The notes beneath the pieces are model-generated. The model searched no databases, was not told the DNA's origin, and saw nothing but the letters and a program-made list of their open reading frames with translations. A DNA stretch of 64,000 nucleotides from an uncultured delta proteobacterium (GTDB taxonomy: Bacteria; Desulfobacterota; Binatia; Binatales; Binataceae), in NCBI GenBank assembly GCA_963765675.1, contig CAVXXK010000001.1, positions 2,376,613-2,440,612 on the forward strand, read 5' to 3'. Position numbers and translations under genes: made by a program. This document shows, piece after piece, positions 18,436 through 28,628 of the stretch. How positions within the stretch are numbered: the stretch's first letter is position 1; every line of letters begins with the position of its first letter.

Positions 18436-18663
18436 ATGGATCGCACATTCACGGCTTATGTCGAGTTTGACGCCGATGCCAAATTATACGTCGGCACAGT
18501 TCCGGGATTAGCCGGAGCGCATAGTCAGGGCGCCACGCTCGATGAGTTGCGCGATAACCTGCGCGAAGTGATCAGCCTAATTGTCGAAGAGCGACAATCG
18601 CGAGGCGAAGTGCTTGAAATCGATCCCTTTGTCGGAATCCAGCAAATCGTAGTAACCGCGTGA
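18436..18663 (+). CDS. hicB: HicB family antitoxin (short, no DNA-binding domain)
   Basis: YVGTVPGLAGAHSQGATLDELRDNLREVISL. Confidence 0.92.
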   Translation: MDRTFTAYVEFDADAKLYVGTVPGLAGAHSQGATLDELRDNLREVISLIVEERQSRGEVLEIDPFVGIQQIVVTA

Positions 18664-18890
18664 GCAAGCTGCCCATCGTCAGTACGCGGACGATGGAGAA
18701 GCTACTCCGTGACATGGGTTTCGTGGCAGTTCGACAGAAAGGCAGCCACATCTTTTTCAGGCATCCAGATGGCAGAACCACGACCGTCCCGAGGCATAGT
18801 GGACGTGACTTGGCGCGCCCTCTAATCCGCGAGATTTTACGCGAGATTGATCTAGCACCAGAAGAATTCGAGCGCCTGCTCCGCGATTGA
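18660..18890 (+). CDS. hicA: HicA family mRNA interferase toxin
   Basis: GFVAVRQKGSHIFFRHPDGRTTTVPRH...LIREILR; GTGA overlap with hicB. Confidence 0.93.
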   Translation: MSKLPIVSTRTMEKLLRDMGFVAVRQKGSHIFFRHPDGRTTTVPRHSGRDLARPLIREILREIDLAPEEFERLLRD

Positions 18891-18956
18891 AACACGGGAC
18901 CGAAACAAAGATTTCCGGTTAAACAGCGTCACTTTGATAAATCCGCAGGAGCCGCT

Positions 18957-20194
18957 TCACACGACGCGGGCGACGGCGGGGATACGGCGCAGAACTGCGC
19001 TGGTTCCCCAGCTTAGTAGCAGTACTCCAGTGAAGACGAGGGCGCCTTTTTCGATCGCGGGTAGAGCGAATGACAGCATCGCGAATTGCAGCCATGCGGC
19101 GAACATGTAGTGGAGCAGATACATCGCGTATTCGTTGGCGCTCAGGCTGTCCCAGATCCAACGGCGGTGATTGGCGAAACGGATGAACAGTGCGAGGAAG
19201 GCGAAGGAGAGACTCGCGCACGTGATCGCGTAGATGCCACCGTTCAGGACTCCGAGCAGAGCAGGATGGATCGCGTTGCGGTCGGCTAGTGCGATGAAGA
19301 AAAAAACTGCGCTCGATAAAAACGCGATCAGGCCCCATACGACCCAGCCGCCCCAGTGACGCGCGAGAATTCCGTCGGACGCGACGAGGCCATGATCAAT
19401 GCCACATGCGCCGACTCCGATTCCGGCGAGAAAATAAATCGCATAGTGAAACAAGCGCGAGGTCTGGAACTGAAATAGTCCGATGCTGGTCCAGTACTCC
19501 GCGCTGTAGATGAAAGTTATTGGTGTGTAGGCCGCGAACGAGACCGCGGTGATCAGCAGGAAGAAGCGAATCGGATGCGCCCGCGCATTGGATGCGATCC
19601 GTCCGAGCGCGTCGCCGAAGTTCGGTATAGCCACGAATAGCCCTGCGGCGACAAGGTCGAACGCCAGCAGCATCCAGATGAACCAGGCCGGACCTGCGGG
19701 CCAATCGCCCAACGACATCCATGCGTGAACGAAGCCAACGAACCCACGGCCGCCGCTTTGAAGATAGGCGGGGTAGTAGGCGATTGGCGCGACGATCGCC
19801 GCGGCGGCCAGAAATGGAATGCCGAGCCGGATCAATCGATCGCGCGCGAACCTCGCGCGCGCCCTTGCGCCGGAGACTCGACCATACGAACAGTCCCGAG
19901 ACAAAGAACATCAGCGACATGAAGAAGGCGTCGTTGAAGCCGAAGAACAGATTGAATCCCGCCCAATGCGCGTGCGGATCGACCACCGGAAATGCGCGCC
20001 AGGACTCAGGCGGAGCCAGCAGCGATTTCGCAGGCGATGGCGCCGCCTTGAGATAGGCGAGCACCGAATGATGCGCGAGGACCAGCACCACCAGGAAACC
20101 GCGAAGGTACCCGAGCGCAAGATTGTAGGCCGGCCGCGGCTCGGGCGGCGGAAGATGACTCGACTCGGAGGCCGTCAGAGACGCCCCCGATCAT
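18957..20194 (-). CDS. Acyltransferase-3 (OpgC/OafA-like) membrane protein, frameshifted near 20185 and 19855
   Basis: LGYLRGFLVVLVLAHH, FFMSLMFFVSGLF, then in another frame DRLIRLGIPF, GPAWFIWMLL, YAMYLLHY. Confidence 0.82.
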
Positions 20195-20208
20195 TTCTCA
20201 CGATGACC

Positions 20209-21876
20209 TCACGACTGATAGACCGCGCGTCCCTCGAAGAACGTGGTGATCACCTTGGTGTCGGCGATGTCGGTCGGCGCAATCTCGAACAGGTTTCGAT
20301 CGAGCACGATCAGGTCAGCAGATTTCCCGACCTCGATCGAGCCGGTCACGCTACCGAGGCCCATCGCGCGAGCGGGATTGACGGTGTAGGCCGCGATCGC
20401 GGTCGACAGATCGAGCGCCTGCTCGGGCCACAACGCTCCGTCGAACTGCCCGTTTGGATCACGGCGGGTGATCAATCCTTCGAGACCCGACCACGGATCG
20501 GGATTGGGAATAACCGGCCAGTCGGTGCCGGTCGCGATCAAAACGCCGGCCTCGAGCAGATTGCGATTCGGCCAATATTGACGTACGCGCTCGCCGACGG
20601 CCTGCTCGATACCGTCGATAATTTGATTGGGGTACCAGAGAATCGGCGAAAGATCCGCAATGACATTCAAGTCTTTGAATCGCCGAATATCGGAGGGATC
20701 GACGAAGCCGGCGTGCGCTATCTGATGCACGAGCGGCGTCGCGCCCTTGAACGAGCGCACGACGTCGATCGCATCCAGCGCAGTCCGCACGGCAGCGTCG
20801 CCGGCGCAATGAATTTTGACGCAAAGGCCGCGATCTTCCTGTTTCGCGATCAGGCGGGCCAGCTCCGGAACAGTCTTGATGGTCGTTCCGCGAAAGCAGC
20901 ATCCGTGCGCTTTGTCGGGAAGATACGGCTCGATGAATGCGGAAGTTCGCGACATCGGCACGCCGTCGAGAAAGATTTTCACGAAGCTCGGCGTCACGTG
21001 CGCGCTCAAGAATTTTGCGCGTTGATCAATTAGCTCGTCGCCGACGAAATGGCCCAGAAATCCCGCCGGCTCCGCCATCATCGAGCCCACCACCCAGGCC
21101 GAGAGTTTTCCCTGCGCATCGAGATGGTTGTACGCGGACAGAACCCCGCCGCTGACGGCGGCATCCTGCAGGCCCGTCACGCCGAATGAATTCAAAATTT
21201 CGATCGCGCGCGCGAGCGCGGCGACGTTGGTCTCGAGCGAATAAGGATTGGCGACTTCCGCGGCGTGCTCGACCGCGGCGACCGCCGACTCGAACAGCAT
21301 CCCGACGGGAGCGCGCGTCGCTTCGTCGCGCACGATTATCCCGCCCTCAGGATCGGGCGTGCTCGAATCGATACCCGCGAGTTCGAGTGCGCGCGAATTG
21401 ACCCACCGGTTGTGCACGCTGTCATCGCGCAGCAAAACCGGATGGCCTTCGCTCGCCTCGTCGAGCGCGCGCAGCGCTTCGAGGGTCGAGAGCTTGTCGG
21501 TGAAATTGCTGCCCCACGAACCTCCGACGATCCAGGCGCCGGGCTTGGCCTTGCGCGCGTCGGCGCGAACCGCGGCGAGAACCTCTTCGACCGAGAGCGT
21601 CGGCAGAAAATGGCATTCGTAGAGATCCGCGCGGCCGCCGAGCAGCGGATGCACGTGCACGTCGTTGATTCCGGGCATCGCCATCCGGCGCTTGAGATCG
21701 ACGACGTCGGTGCCGGATCCGATAAGCGCTTTGACATCGGAATCGGCGCCGACGAAGACAATCTTGCCATCGCGAATCGCGATTGCTTCAGCCCACGGCT
21801 TCGAAGTGTCAGTGGTATATATCCGGCCGTTCAGCAGCACTCGATCGGCCGAATTATTTTTCGTCATTGCAGCCAT
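20209..21876 (-). CDS. Amidohydrolase-3 family protein (YtcJ-like)
   Basis: MPGINDVHVH, VKIFLDG, KIHCAGDAAV, GTDWP, GSIEVGKSADLIVLD. Confidence 0.92.
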   Translation of the reverse strand: MAAMTKNNSADRVLLNGRIYTTDTSKPWAEAIAIRDGKIVFVGADSDVKALIGSGTDVVDLKRRMAMPGINDVHVHPLLGGRADLYECHFLPTLSVEEVLAAVRADARKAKPGAWIVGGSWGSNFTDKLSTLEALRALDEASEGHPVLLRDDSVHNRWVNSRALELAGIDSSTPDPEGGIIVRDEATRAPVGMLFESAVAAVEHAAEVANPYSLETNVAALARAIEILNSFGVTGLQDAAVSGGVLSAYNHLDAQGKLSAWVVGSMMAEPAGFLGHFVGDELIDQRAKFLSAHVTPSFVKIFLDGVPMSRTSAFIEPYLPDKAHGCCFRGTTIKTVPELARLIAKQEDRGLCVKIHCAGDAAVRTALDAIDVVRSFKGATPLVHQIAHAGFVDPSDIRRFKDLNVIADLSPILWYPNQIIDGIEQAVGERVRQYWPNRNLLEAGVLIATGTDWPVIPNPDPWSGLEGLITRRDPNGQFDGALWPEQALDLSTAIAAYTVNPARAMGLGSVTGSIEVGKSADLIVLDRNLFEIAPTDIADTKVITTFFEGRAVYQS

Positions 21877-21886
21877 GCTCGGATCT

Positions 21887-23800
21887 CTAGTCGCAACATT
21901 TGTGATGAGGCTGCGACGGAGCCACATCCATCGCAGGATTCTGGTCGAAGAAACCCGAGGGCTTCAGCATAAAGCCGGCATACGCGACCGGCATCACCGG
22001 CCAATCCTCGGGCCGCGGAATATGGTGCACGCCGAATGAGTACCACGCGACCAGATCGGTGTTCTCGAGCGGACGGTCGCGTTTGATCCACTGATCGAGC
22101 CCGTCAGGCGCGGCGTTCTGATTGATATAATCGCCCGACGCGTACCGCTGTGCGGAATCGTAGCCGGTAATCCAGAGATTGTGGCGGATGAATCCTGCGC
22201 GCCTCAGTATCGATGCGCCCTCGCGCGCGAAGGGGAGAGCCACGTCGGCTCCCGGCACGATTTTGTAGCCGGTAGGCTGGCCAACAGCGTTGCGGCGCGA
22301 TGGATTCACGACTAGCCAGGCGCGTCCCGTCGATGGGTTCGCGTCGCGGGCGGCTTCAGACTGATTTTTTATGAGCGTGTACTGCGGCCGGTAGGAGCCG
22401 TTGTGCGGATTGGCCGGCCCGGGAGGATCGGCGACGGTGTCGACCTCATAAACCGAATTGCCCGGCCCGTCGATATCCAGATCGAGTCTGAAGTTGAAGT
22501 AATGTTGATGAATCGGCGCGTAGAGCTGCGGAGCGACCAGCGCGCCGTGAGTCGGTTGCTTGCCGGCAGGAAAAGCCCCGACCGAGAGGCATCCGGTCAG
22601 CTTAACTTCGAGCTGTATTTCGCCGCTTTGATACAGGTACCAGAAAAATCCGTAGTCATAATTCCCGACGGTCGCGAAAAAAGAGATCACCAGGCGGCGC
22701 GAGCGCCGCACCTCGCTGCGATTGGTGCGCCAGTCGGTATGCTTCCATAGCGTGCCGTAATCTTCCTCATGCATGCAGACGGCGTTCTCGATCGTTTCCG
22801 GGTCGCCCGCCATGTTGACCATGTGCGCGTCGAAATAGTGAATCGTGCCGACGCAATCGCATCCGAGCGTGAGGCTGTTGGCCATCCGGCCGATGCCGTA
22901 TTCGCCCACGTCGAACGCATTCTTTCGATTGTGCGTTTTGGTGGGATCGCCGTACGGCACCTGCATCTCGGATAGCGATGCCCGGTACAGAATCGGACGA
23001 ACGCGGCCCTGATCCTCGTAGGCGACTTGATGAAGTACGAGTCCCTCTCGCGAGGTGAAACCGACGCGGAAGCGCCATTTCTGCCAGCGGACCTCGTAGC
23101 CGTCGACAGTAAAGCTCGGCCCCTCGGGCTGTACGATCTCGAGCGGTTTCAAATCCTGCCGCAAAGGACCGAGATGCTCGGCGGCGTAGATGCCGGTCAA
23201 AGGAGGGAGCGGCACCTGCACATCGTCGATAACCTCCACCACCTCCATCTTTTCGAGATCGACGAAAGTGATCAGTCCCTCGACCGGGCGGCCATAGCCG
23301 ACGTCCGCATCGCTCCCGCGGATAAACGTCAGGCCCTGTGCGAGGCGGCGGTCGGGGAACCGTTCGTCGCCGTAGGCACCTGCCGACCAGGGATCGACGA
23401 TCGCCTTGTCGAATTCGGTGATACCTCGGCGGGCGAGCGCGGCGCGCCATCGAGGATCGGCTTTGGCCGCGTTTTCGCACTGGATGAATTCTTCGATGAT
23501 GATGCCCGGCTGGACGCCGCGAAGCTCCTCGCATGAGAGCAGGGTTTCGTCGCGCAGGCTGACGATCGCTTCCAGCACGCGGCGGTCGGCCAGATCAAGC
23601 ACGATCACGAATGCGCGCCGATCCAGAGCATTGCCGGTGCTGATACTTTCGAGCTCGTCCTTTTCGGGTTCGTGCAGGTTGACCGACACGAATCGGAAGC
23701 GGTCACTGGCGGGTCCATGCGCCCGCATTATGCGGACGGCCGCGGCGACTTCCGCGGCGCTCAACGGGTCGAGCGGATGACGCGAAGATTCTTTCACCAC
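21887..23800 (-). CDS. tynA: Copper-containing (TPQ) primary amine oxidase
   Basis: HPLDPLS, AFDVGEYG (catalytic Asp), TVGNYDY (TPQ consensus), HQH and HHIPRPEDWPVMP copper ligands. Confidence 0.95.
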   Translation of the reverse strand: MVKESSRHPLDPLSAAEVAAAVRIMRAHGPASDRFRFVSVNLHEPEKDELESISTGNALDRRAFVIVLDLADRRVLEAIVSLRDETLLSCEELRGVQPGIIIEEFIQCENAAKADPRWRAALARRGITEFDKAIVDPWSAGAYGDERFPDRRLAQGLTFIRGSDADVGYGRPVEGLITFVDLEKMEVVEVIDDVQVPLPPLTGIYAAEHLGPLRQDLKPLEIVQPEGPSFTVDGYEVRWQKWRFRVGFTSREGLVLHQVAYEDQGRVRPILYRASLSEMQVPYGDPTKTHNRKNAFDVGEYGIGRMANSLTLGCDCVGTIHYFDAHMVNMAGDPETIENAVCMHEEDYGTLWKHTDWRTNRSEVRRSRRLVISFFATVGNYDYGFFWYLYQSGEIQLEVKLTGCLSVGAFPAGKQPTHGALVAPQLYAPIHQHYFNFRLDLDIDGPGNSVYEVDTVADPPGPANPHNGSYRPQYTLIKNQSEAARDANPSTGRAWLVVNPSRRNAVGQPTGYKIVPGADVALPFAREGASILRRAGFIRHNLWITGYDSAQRYASGDYINQNAAPDGLDQWIKRDRPLENTDLVAWYSFGVHHIPRPEDWPVMPVAYAGFMLKPSGFFDQNPAMDVAPSQPHHKCCD

Positions 23801-23861
23801 GGCACCTCATGGTTGCGGGTTAGGCCGGTCAGCCCAGCAACCTGAAATATGCGGTCTGCTT

Positions 23862-25406
23862 TTAGAGCGAACCCAAAATCTGGTCGGAGACGCCATTCCA
23901 TGCTTTGCGCTCGCCCTCGAACGGCGCGTCCGCCGATTTTGTCGTCTCACCGAAAACCATCGTCGTGCGGCGCTTCTCGTCGTACTCGCGCCAATCGCCC
24001 AGGCGTTCGCAGGTCGGGTTGCCGGTGCGTGCGAAAGCGATCCAGGCGTCCTGCATCTCGGTTGCGAGCTTCTCGGCCGCGGGGCCGCTGCCGGCAAACG
24101 GTCCCATGCCGGGAAGGTGATTGGTGCCGAACACGAATCCCAGCTCGAGCGCATGGCACGAACCGAGCATCCCGCCTACCGCGGGCGACTTCCAGGTGAA
24201 CAGATAGTTGAAGACGCGCCCTTTGCGATGAGCGTGCGTTTCAGCGAGCCGCAACGCGGGCATCCGGAAGACGCGATCGGTTTCGATTGCGGAGAATAGC
24301 TCTTGCGGCGTCGTCGCATCGCCGCGATCGGAGCGCGCGCGAGTGTAGTTCTCGATAAGGCCGGCCGCGGTCTCCGCGCCGAAGCGTTTGCCGAATCGAG
24401 CCGCGAGTCCGGCGCGGTCGAGCTTGGGCAGGCCGGGATCCATCGCGGCGAAGAGCTTCCATTCCTCGAGGGTCGAGCCGGCCATGATTGCGACGCTATC
24501 GGCGGAGCCGCCGGCGACTATCTCGATCGAGACTTTCGGGACCTGCGAGCCGTCGATCACCGGCTGATAGGCCATCCCGAGCTCCGGGTCGGGGGTTATG
24601 CCGTCGGGCATCAGCGCGCCCTTGAGCAACTGCGCGGGAGTCAGCGCGCGAATCGCGGCGGCGTCAGACGGCGAGGCGCCGAGCCGCGCGATGATGCGCT
24701 CGGCCTTGAGGGTGGCGCGTTCCGCGGTCGCTCCTGTATGGCATGCGCCGCTTTGCGGAATCGCCTTGTGGAACAGGCCGCGCGCCTGCGGCATCGCGAG
24801 CAGAGTGCCGACGCTCATGCCGCCGGCCGACTCGCCGAAGATCGTGACGTTGGCAGGATCGCCGCCGAACTCGGCGATATTGTCGCGGACCCATTCGAGC
24901 GCCGCGATCTGATCGAGCATTCCTTCATTTCCGGTCGCGGGAATTTTTCCGCCGGTCAGATCGGAGAGCCGAAGAAAGCCCAGCGGCCCGAGCCGGTAGT
25001 TGACCGTCACCACGACCACGTCGCCGCGGCGTGCGAGCGTCGAGCCGTCATAGAGCGGCTGCGAGCCGGAGCCGATCGCGAAGGCGCCGCCGTGTATCCA
25101 GACCATCACGGGCCGCCGTGCGGTGTCGCATCGCGGCGTCCATACATTCAGATAGAGGCAATCCTCGGTCTGTTCGCCGTCCACGACCATCGCGGCCAGC
25201 GCGCCGTTCGCCATGCTGTTCTGCGGAGCGACGCCGCCGAATTTGCGTGCATCGCGAGTTCCCTGCCATCGCGCGGGCTTTTCCGGCGCGGTCCAGCGGC
25301 GGGCGCCGACGGGAGGGGCCGCGAAGGGAATTCCCTTGAACACGGACAAGTCGGAAGTGGATTCGCCTTCGAGTTTTCCGTAAGTGGTCGAAACGGTCGC
25401 GCTCAT
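23862..25406 (-). CDS. Type-B carboxylesterase (PnbA-like)
   Basis: FKGIPFAAPPVG, EDCLYLNVWTP, WIHGGAF, FGESAGG, HALELGFVFG. Confidence 0.94.
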   Translation of the reverse strand: MSATVSTTYGKLEGESTSDLSVFKGIPFAAPPVGARRWTAPEKPARWQGTRDARKFGGVAPQNSMANGALAAMVVDGEQTEDCLYLNVWTPRCDTARRPVMVWIHGGAFAIGSGSQPLYDGSTLARRGDVVVVTVNYRLGPLGFLRLSDLTGGKIPATGNEGMLDQIAALEWVRDNIAEFGGDPANVTIFGESAGGMSVGTLLAMPQARGLFHKAIPQSGACHTGATAERATLKAERIIARLGASPSDAAAIRALTPAQLLKGALMPDGITPDPELGMAYQPVIDGSQVPKVSIEIVAGGSADSVAIMAGSTLEEWKLFAAMDPGLPKLDRAGLAARFGKRFGAETAAGLIENYTRARSDRGDATTPQELFSAIETDRVFRMPALRLAETHAHRKGRVFNYLFTWKSPAVGGMLGSCHALELGFVFGTNHLPGMGPFAGSGPAAEKLATEMQDAWIAFARTGNPTCERLGDWREYDEKRRTTMVFGETTKSADAPFEGERKAWNGVSDQILGSL

Positions 25407-25551
25407 ATGAATTCTCCCATACGAGAAATTGTGCTGATCGTCGGCGATTCTTGCAGAATCAGACGGTTTGCCACAAACGGCGCGGCTGACGCTCTGTCGG
25501 TGGCGCGAAAACGTTTTGCGTGACGCGCGGGATTTCGCGTAGCCTTCGGCC

Positions 25552-26970
25552 ATGGACCCGAAAGCGGCGGCGGCATTCTTCGCGAAGCTGTGGGATGAAT
25601 CCGCGATTCCCGAGCTTCAGGAATACATCAGGATTCCAAACAAGTCGGTGGCGTTCGATCCCGAATGGAAAGCGCACGGTCACATGGATCGCGTCGTCGA
25701 GCGGTTTCGCAAATGGGCGCTCGGGCGCGAGATCGCGGGGATGCGCCTCGAGGTCGTGCGCCTTGGCGATCGCACTCCGGTTCTGTTCATGGAGATTCCC
25801 GGCGATTCGGACGACACGGTTTTGCTCTACGGACACATGGACAAGCAGCCCGAGATGGCCGGATGGCGCGCGGGGCTGGACCCGTGGACGCCGGTGATCG
25901 AGAACGATCGGCTGTATGGACGCGGGGCCGCCGACGACGGCTACGCGATGTTCGCGTGCCTGGGCGCGATCGGCGCGCTCAAGGCGCAGAAGATTCCGCA
26001 CGCGCGGATGATCGTGATTATCGAGGCGTGCGAGGAGAGCGGCAGCTTCGATCTGCCGCACTATATCGAGCATCTCGCGCCGCGAATCGGGCAGCCGAGC
26101 CTCGTCGTCGCGCTGGATTCCGGATGCGGCAATTACGAGCAGCTATGGTGCACGACTTCGCTGCGCGGGCTCATCGGCGGGACGCTGAAGGTCGAGGTTC
26201 TGACCGAAGGGATGCATTCGGGTGACGCGGGCGGCGTGGTGCCATGCAGTTTCAGAATCGCGCGGACGATTCTCAGCCGGCTCGAGGATGAAAAGACGGG
26301 CGCGATTTTGCCGGCGGTGTTTCACGGCGAGATTCCCGCCGCGCGAGTCGAGCAGGCGCGCGCCGCGGCGCCAATCCTGGGCGATAGCCTGCGCAATAAA
26401 TTTCCGTTCGCGGGAAAAACCCAGGCGCAGAGCAATGACGCGACCGAGTTGATTCTCAATCGCACCTGGCGTCCGGCCTTGTCGATTATCGGCGCCGACG
26501 GATTTCCGTCGGTCGCCAACGCGGGCAACGTGCTGCGCCCCTCGACCTCGCTCGAAGTGTCGCTGCGGCTGCCGCCAACCTGCGACGCGCAGGCGGCGCA
26601 GCGCGCGCTCAAGCATCTGATGGAAGACGATCCGCCGTACGGCGCGAGTGTCAGCTTCGATTCGAACTGGGCTGCCACAGGATGGAACGCGCCGACGCTC
26701 GCGCCGTGGCTGGAGAAATCGCTCGACGCGGCGTCGCGCGCGCACTTCGGCAAGCCGGCAGCGTACATGGGCGAGGGCGGAACGATTCCGTTCATGGCGA
26801 TGTTGGGGGAGCGGTTTCCCGCCGCGCAATTCCTCATCACCGGCGTGCTGGGACCGGGCGCGAACGCGCACGGCCCCAACGAGTTCCTGCACATCCCGAC
26901 GGCCAAACGCCTGAGCGCCGCGGTCGCGCAGGTGCTCGCGGATCATTTCACTCGCGCGGAGAAGAAGTGA
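25552..26970 (+). CDS. M20 family metallopeptidase/deacylase
   Basis: YGHMDKQP, LYGRGAADDG, EESGS, HSG, EGGTIPF, NAHGPNE. Confidence 0.93.
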   Translation: MDPKAAAAFFAKLWDESAIPELQEYIRIPNKSVAFDPEWKAHGHMDRVVERFRKWALGREIAGMRLEVVRLGDRTPVLFMEIPGDSDDTVLLYGHMDKQPEMAGWRAGLDPWTPVIENDRLYGRGAADDGYAMFACLGAIGALKAQKIPHARMIVIIEACEESGSFDLPHYIEHLAPRIGQPSLVVALDSGCGNYEQLWCTTSLRGLIGGTLKVEVLTEGMHSGDAGGVVPCSFRIARTILSRLEDEKTGAILPAVFHGEIPAARVEQARAAAPILGDSLRNKFPFAGKTQAQSNDATELILNRTWRPALSIIGADGFPSVANAGNVLRPSTSLEVSLRLPPTCDAQAAQRALKHLMEDDPPYGASVSFDSNWAATGWNAPTLAPWLEKSLDAASRAHFGKPAAYMGEGGTIPFMAMLGERFPAAQFLITGVLGPGANAHGPNEFLHIPTAKRLSAAVAQVLADHFTRAEKK

Positions 26971-26991
26971 CGATACGGGAACATCGTCGCT

Positions 26992-27035
26992 GCACCCCCT
27001 CCTTAATCCTCCCCCGCGAATAGCGGGGGAGGAAT
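26992..27035 (+). repeat. Short BoxC-like hairpin between convergent genes
   Basis: caccccctccttaatcctcccccgc-gaata-gcgggggaggaatc. Confidence 0.55.
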
Positions 27036-27055
27036 CAATCCCGCAAGAAAGGCGA

Positions 27056-28516
27056 TCAGGCGAGCAGTGCGGGTACTCGCTTGCGCACCCAACCTGTCGC
27101 TTGATCGTAGGCGTGCGCGAGTTGCAGGCAGGCGAACTCCGAATGATTCGGCGCGACTATCTGGATGCCCATTGGCAGGCCGGTGCTGCTGAAACCGGCC
27201 GGTACGCTCAGCGCGGGGCAGCCGGACATCGTGACCGGGATCATGACCTCCATCCATCGATGATAGGTGTCCATCGCTTTGCCGCCGACGGTCTTGGGCC
27301 AGTGGAGCGTCGCGTCGAACGGAAAAACCTGCGCGGACGGAAGTATGAAGAAATCATACTTCTCGAATAGTGCGCGCATCGCGTGATACCACGCGCTCCG
27401 CACTGCGGATGCGTCGGCGACGTCGTAGGCGCTGATCTTGAAGCCGCGCTCGATTTCCCATTGAACCTCGGGTTTCATCAGCGCGCGCCGCGCCGGATCC
27501 GAGTAGTAAGTTTTGAGCAGACCGCCTACTTGCCACGCGCGCAGCACGAGCCAGCTTTCCCACACGCGCTCGATTGGATAATCGGGAATCGCTTCTTCGA
27601 CGACGCATCCAATTGATTCAAAAGCGCTGAGCGCGCCGCGGCACAGGTCGAGCACGCCGGGCTCGAAGGGCAGGTATCCGCCGAAGTCGCCGCCCCAGGC
27701 GATTCGCGCGCCTTTGAAATCTCGCGCGAGGGAATCGGCGAAGCGCGCGGAGTCCTCGCGGATCGAGAGCGGGACGCGCGCGTCGTGCCCAGCGATTACG
27801 GCCAGCAGCATCGCGAGGTCCGGCACCGTGCGCGCCATCGGTCCATGCACCGAGAGCGCGGGCATGAAGACCTCGCGAACGTCGGAGGGGACGCGGCCGA
27901 ACGCGGTGCGAAATCCGAACACGTTGTTGAACGCGGCGGGATTTCTGAGCGAGCCCGCGTGATCGCTGCCGTCGGCGACCGGCAGCATCCGCAGTGCGAG
28001 CGCGACGGCGGCGCCGCCGCTGCTTCCACCGGCGGTCTTCGATTGATCGTAGGCGTTGAGCGTGGTGCCGAAAACCGGATTATAGGAATGCGAGCCGAGA
28101 CCGAATTCCGGGACGTTGGTTTTGCCGATGATGACCGCGCCGGCGCTCTTTATCCGCTCGGCCAGGATCGAATCGGCGCGTGGGATAAAGTCCTTGAGGA
28201 TCGGCGAGCCCATCGTGGTGCGGATCCCCGCCGTGAGCTCGAGGTCTTTGATAGCGTGCGGAAACCCGTGCATCGGGCCGGCGTACTCGCCGCGAGAAAG
28301 CTCAGCGTCGCGGCGGCGCGCGTCCTCGATCAGCTCGGCGCGAGGGCGAATCGAGACGATTGCGTTGACGGCGGGATTGATCGCGTCGATATGATCGAGA
28401 TACGCCGTCATCACCTCGGCGCATGAGATTTGCCGCGACTTGATCGCGCTCGAGAGCGCGGCCGCGTCCATCATCACGATTTCCGATCGAGGTTTCATAG
28501 AGACGCAATTATGCAT
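27056..28516 (-). CDS. Amidase (start uncertain, possibly 28498)
   Basis: PHAIKDL, GKTNVPEFG, GGSSGG, GSDHAGSLRNPA, GLPMGIQ. Confidence 0.93.
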   Translation of the reverse strand: MHNCVSMKPRSEIVMMDAAALSSAIKSRQISCAEVMTAYLDHIDAINPAVNAIVSIRPRAELIEDARRRDAELSRGEYAGPMHGFPHAIKDLELTAGIRTTMGSPILKDFIPRADSILAERIKSAGAVIIGKTNVPEFGLGSHSYNPVFGTTLNAYDQSKTAGGSSGGAAVALALRMLPVADGSDHAGSLRNPAAFNNVFGFRTAFGRVPSDVREVFMPALSVHGPMARTVPDLAMLLAVIAGHDARVPLSIREDSARFADSLARDFKGARIAWGGDFGGYLPFEPGVLDLCRGALSAFESIGCVVEEAIPDYPIERVWESWLVLRAWQVGGLLKTYYSDPARRALMKPEVQWEIERGFKISAYDVADASAVRSAWYHAMRALFEKYDFFILPSAQVFPFDATLHWPKTVGGKAMDTYHRWMEVMIPVTMSGCPALSVPAGFSSTGLPMGIQIVAPNHSEFACLQLAHAYDQATGWVRKRVPALLA

Positions 28517-28628
28517 CGCGCAGGCGCGTCGGTACTACTTGCGCGAAAGCCTTGCGCCATTGTAGTTGACGAAGAGGCGCCGTCGCGGGCGCGGTTGACA
28601 ATCAAGCGCTATCAAGAGGTGAAACTGA

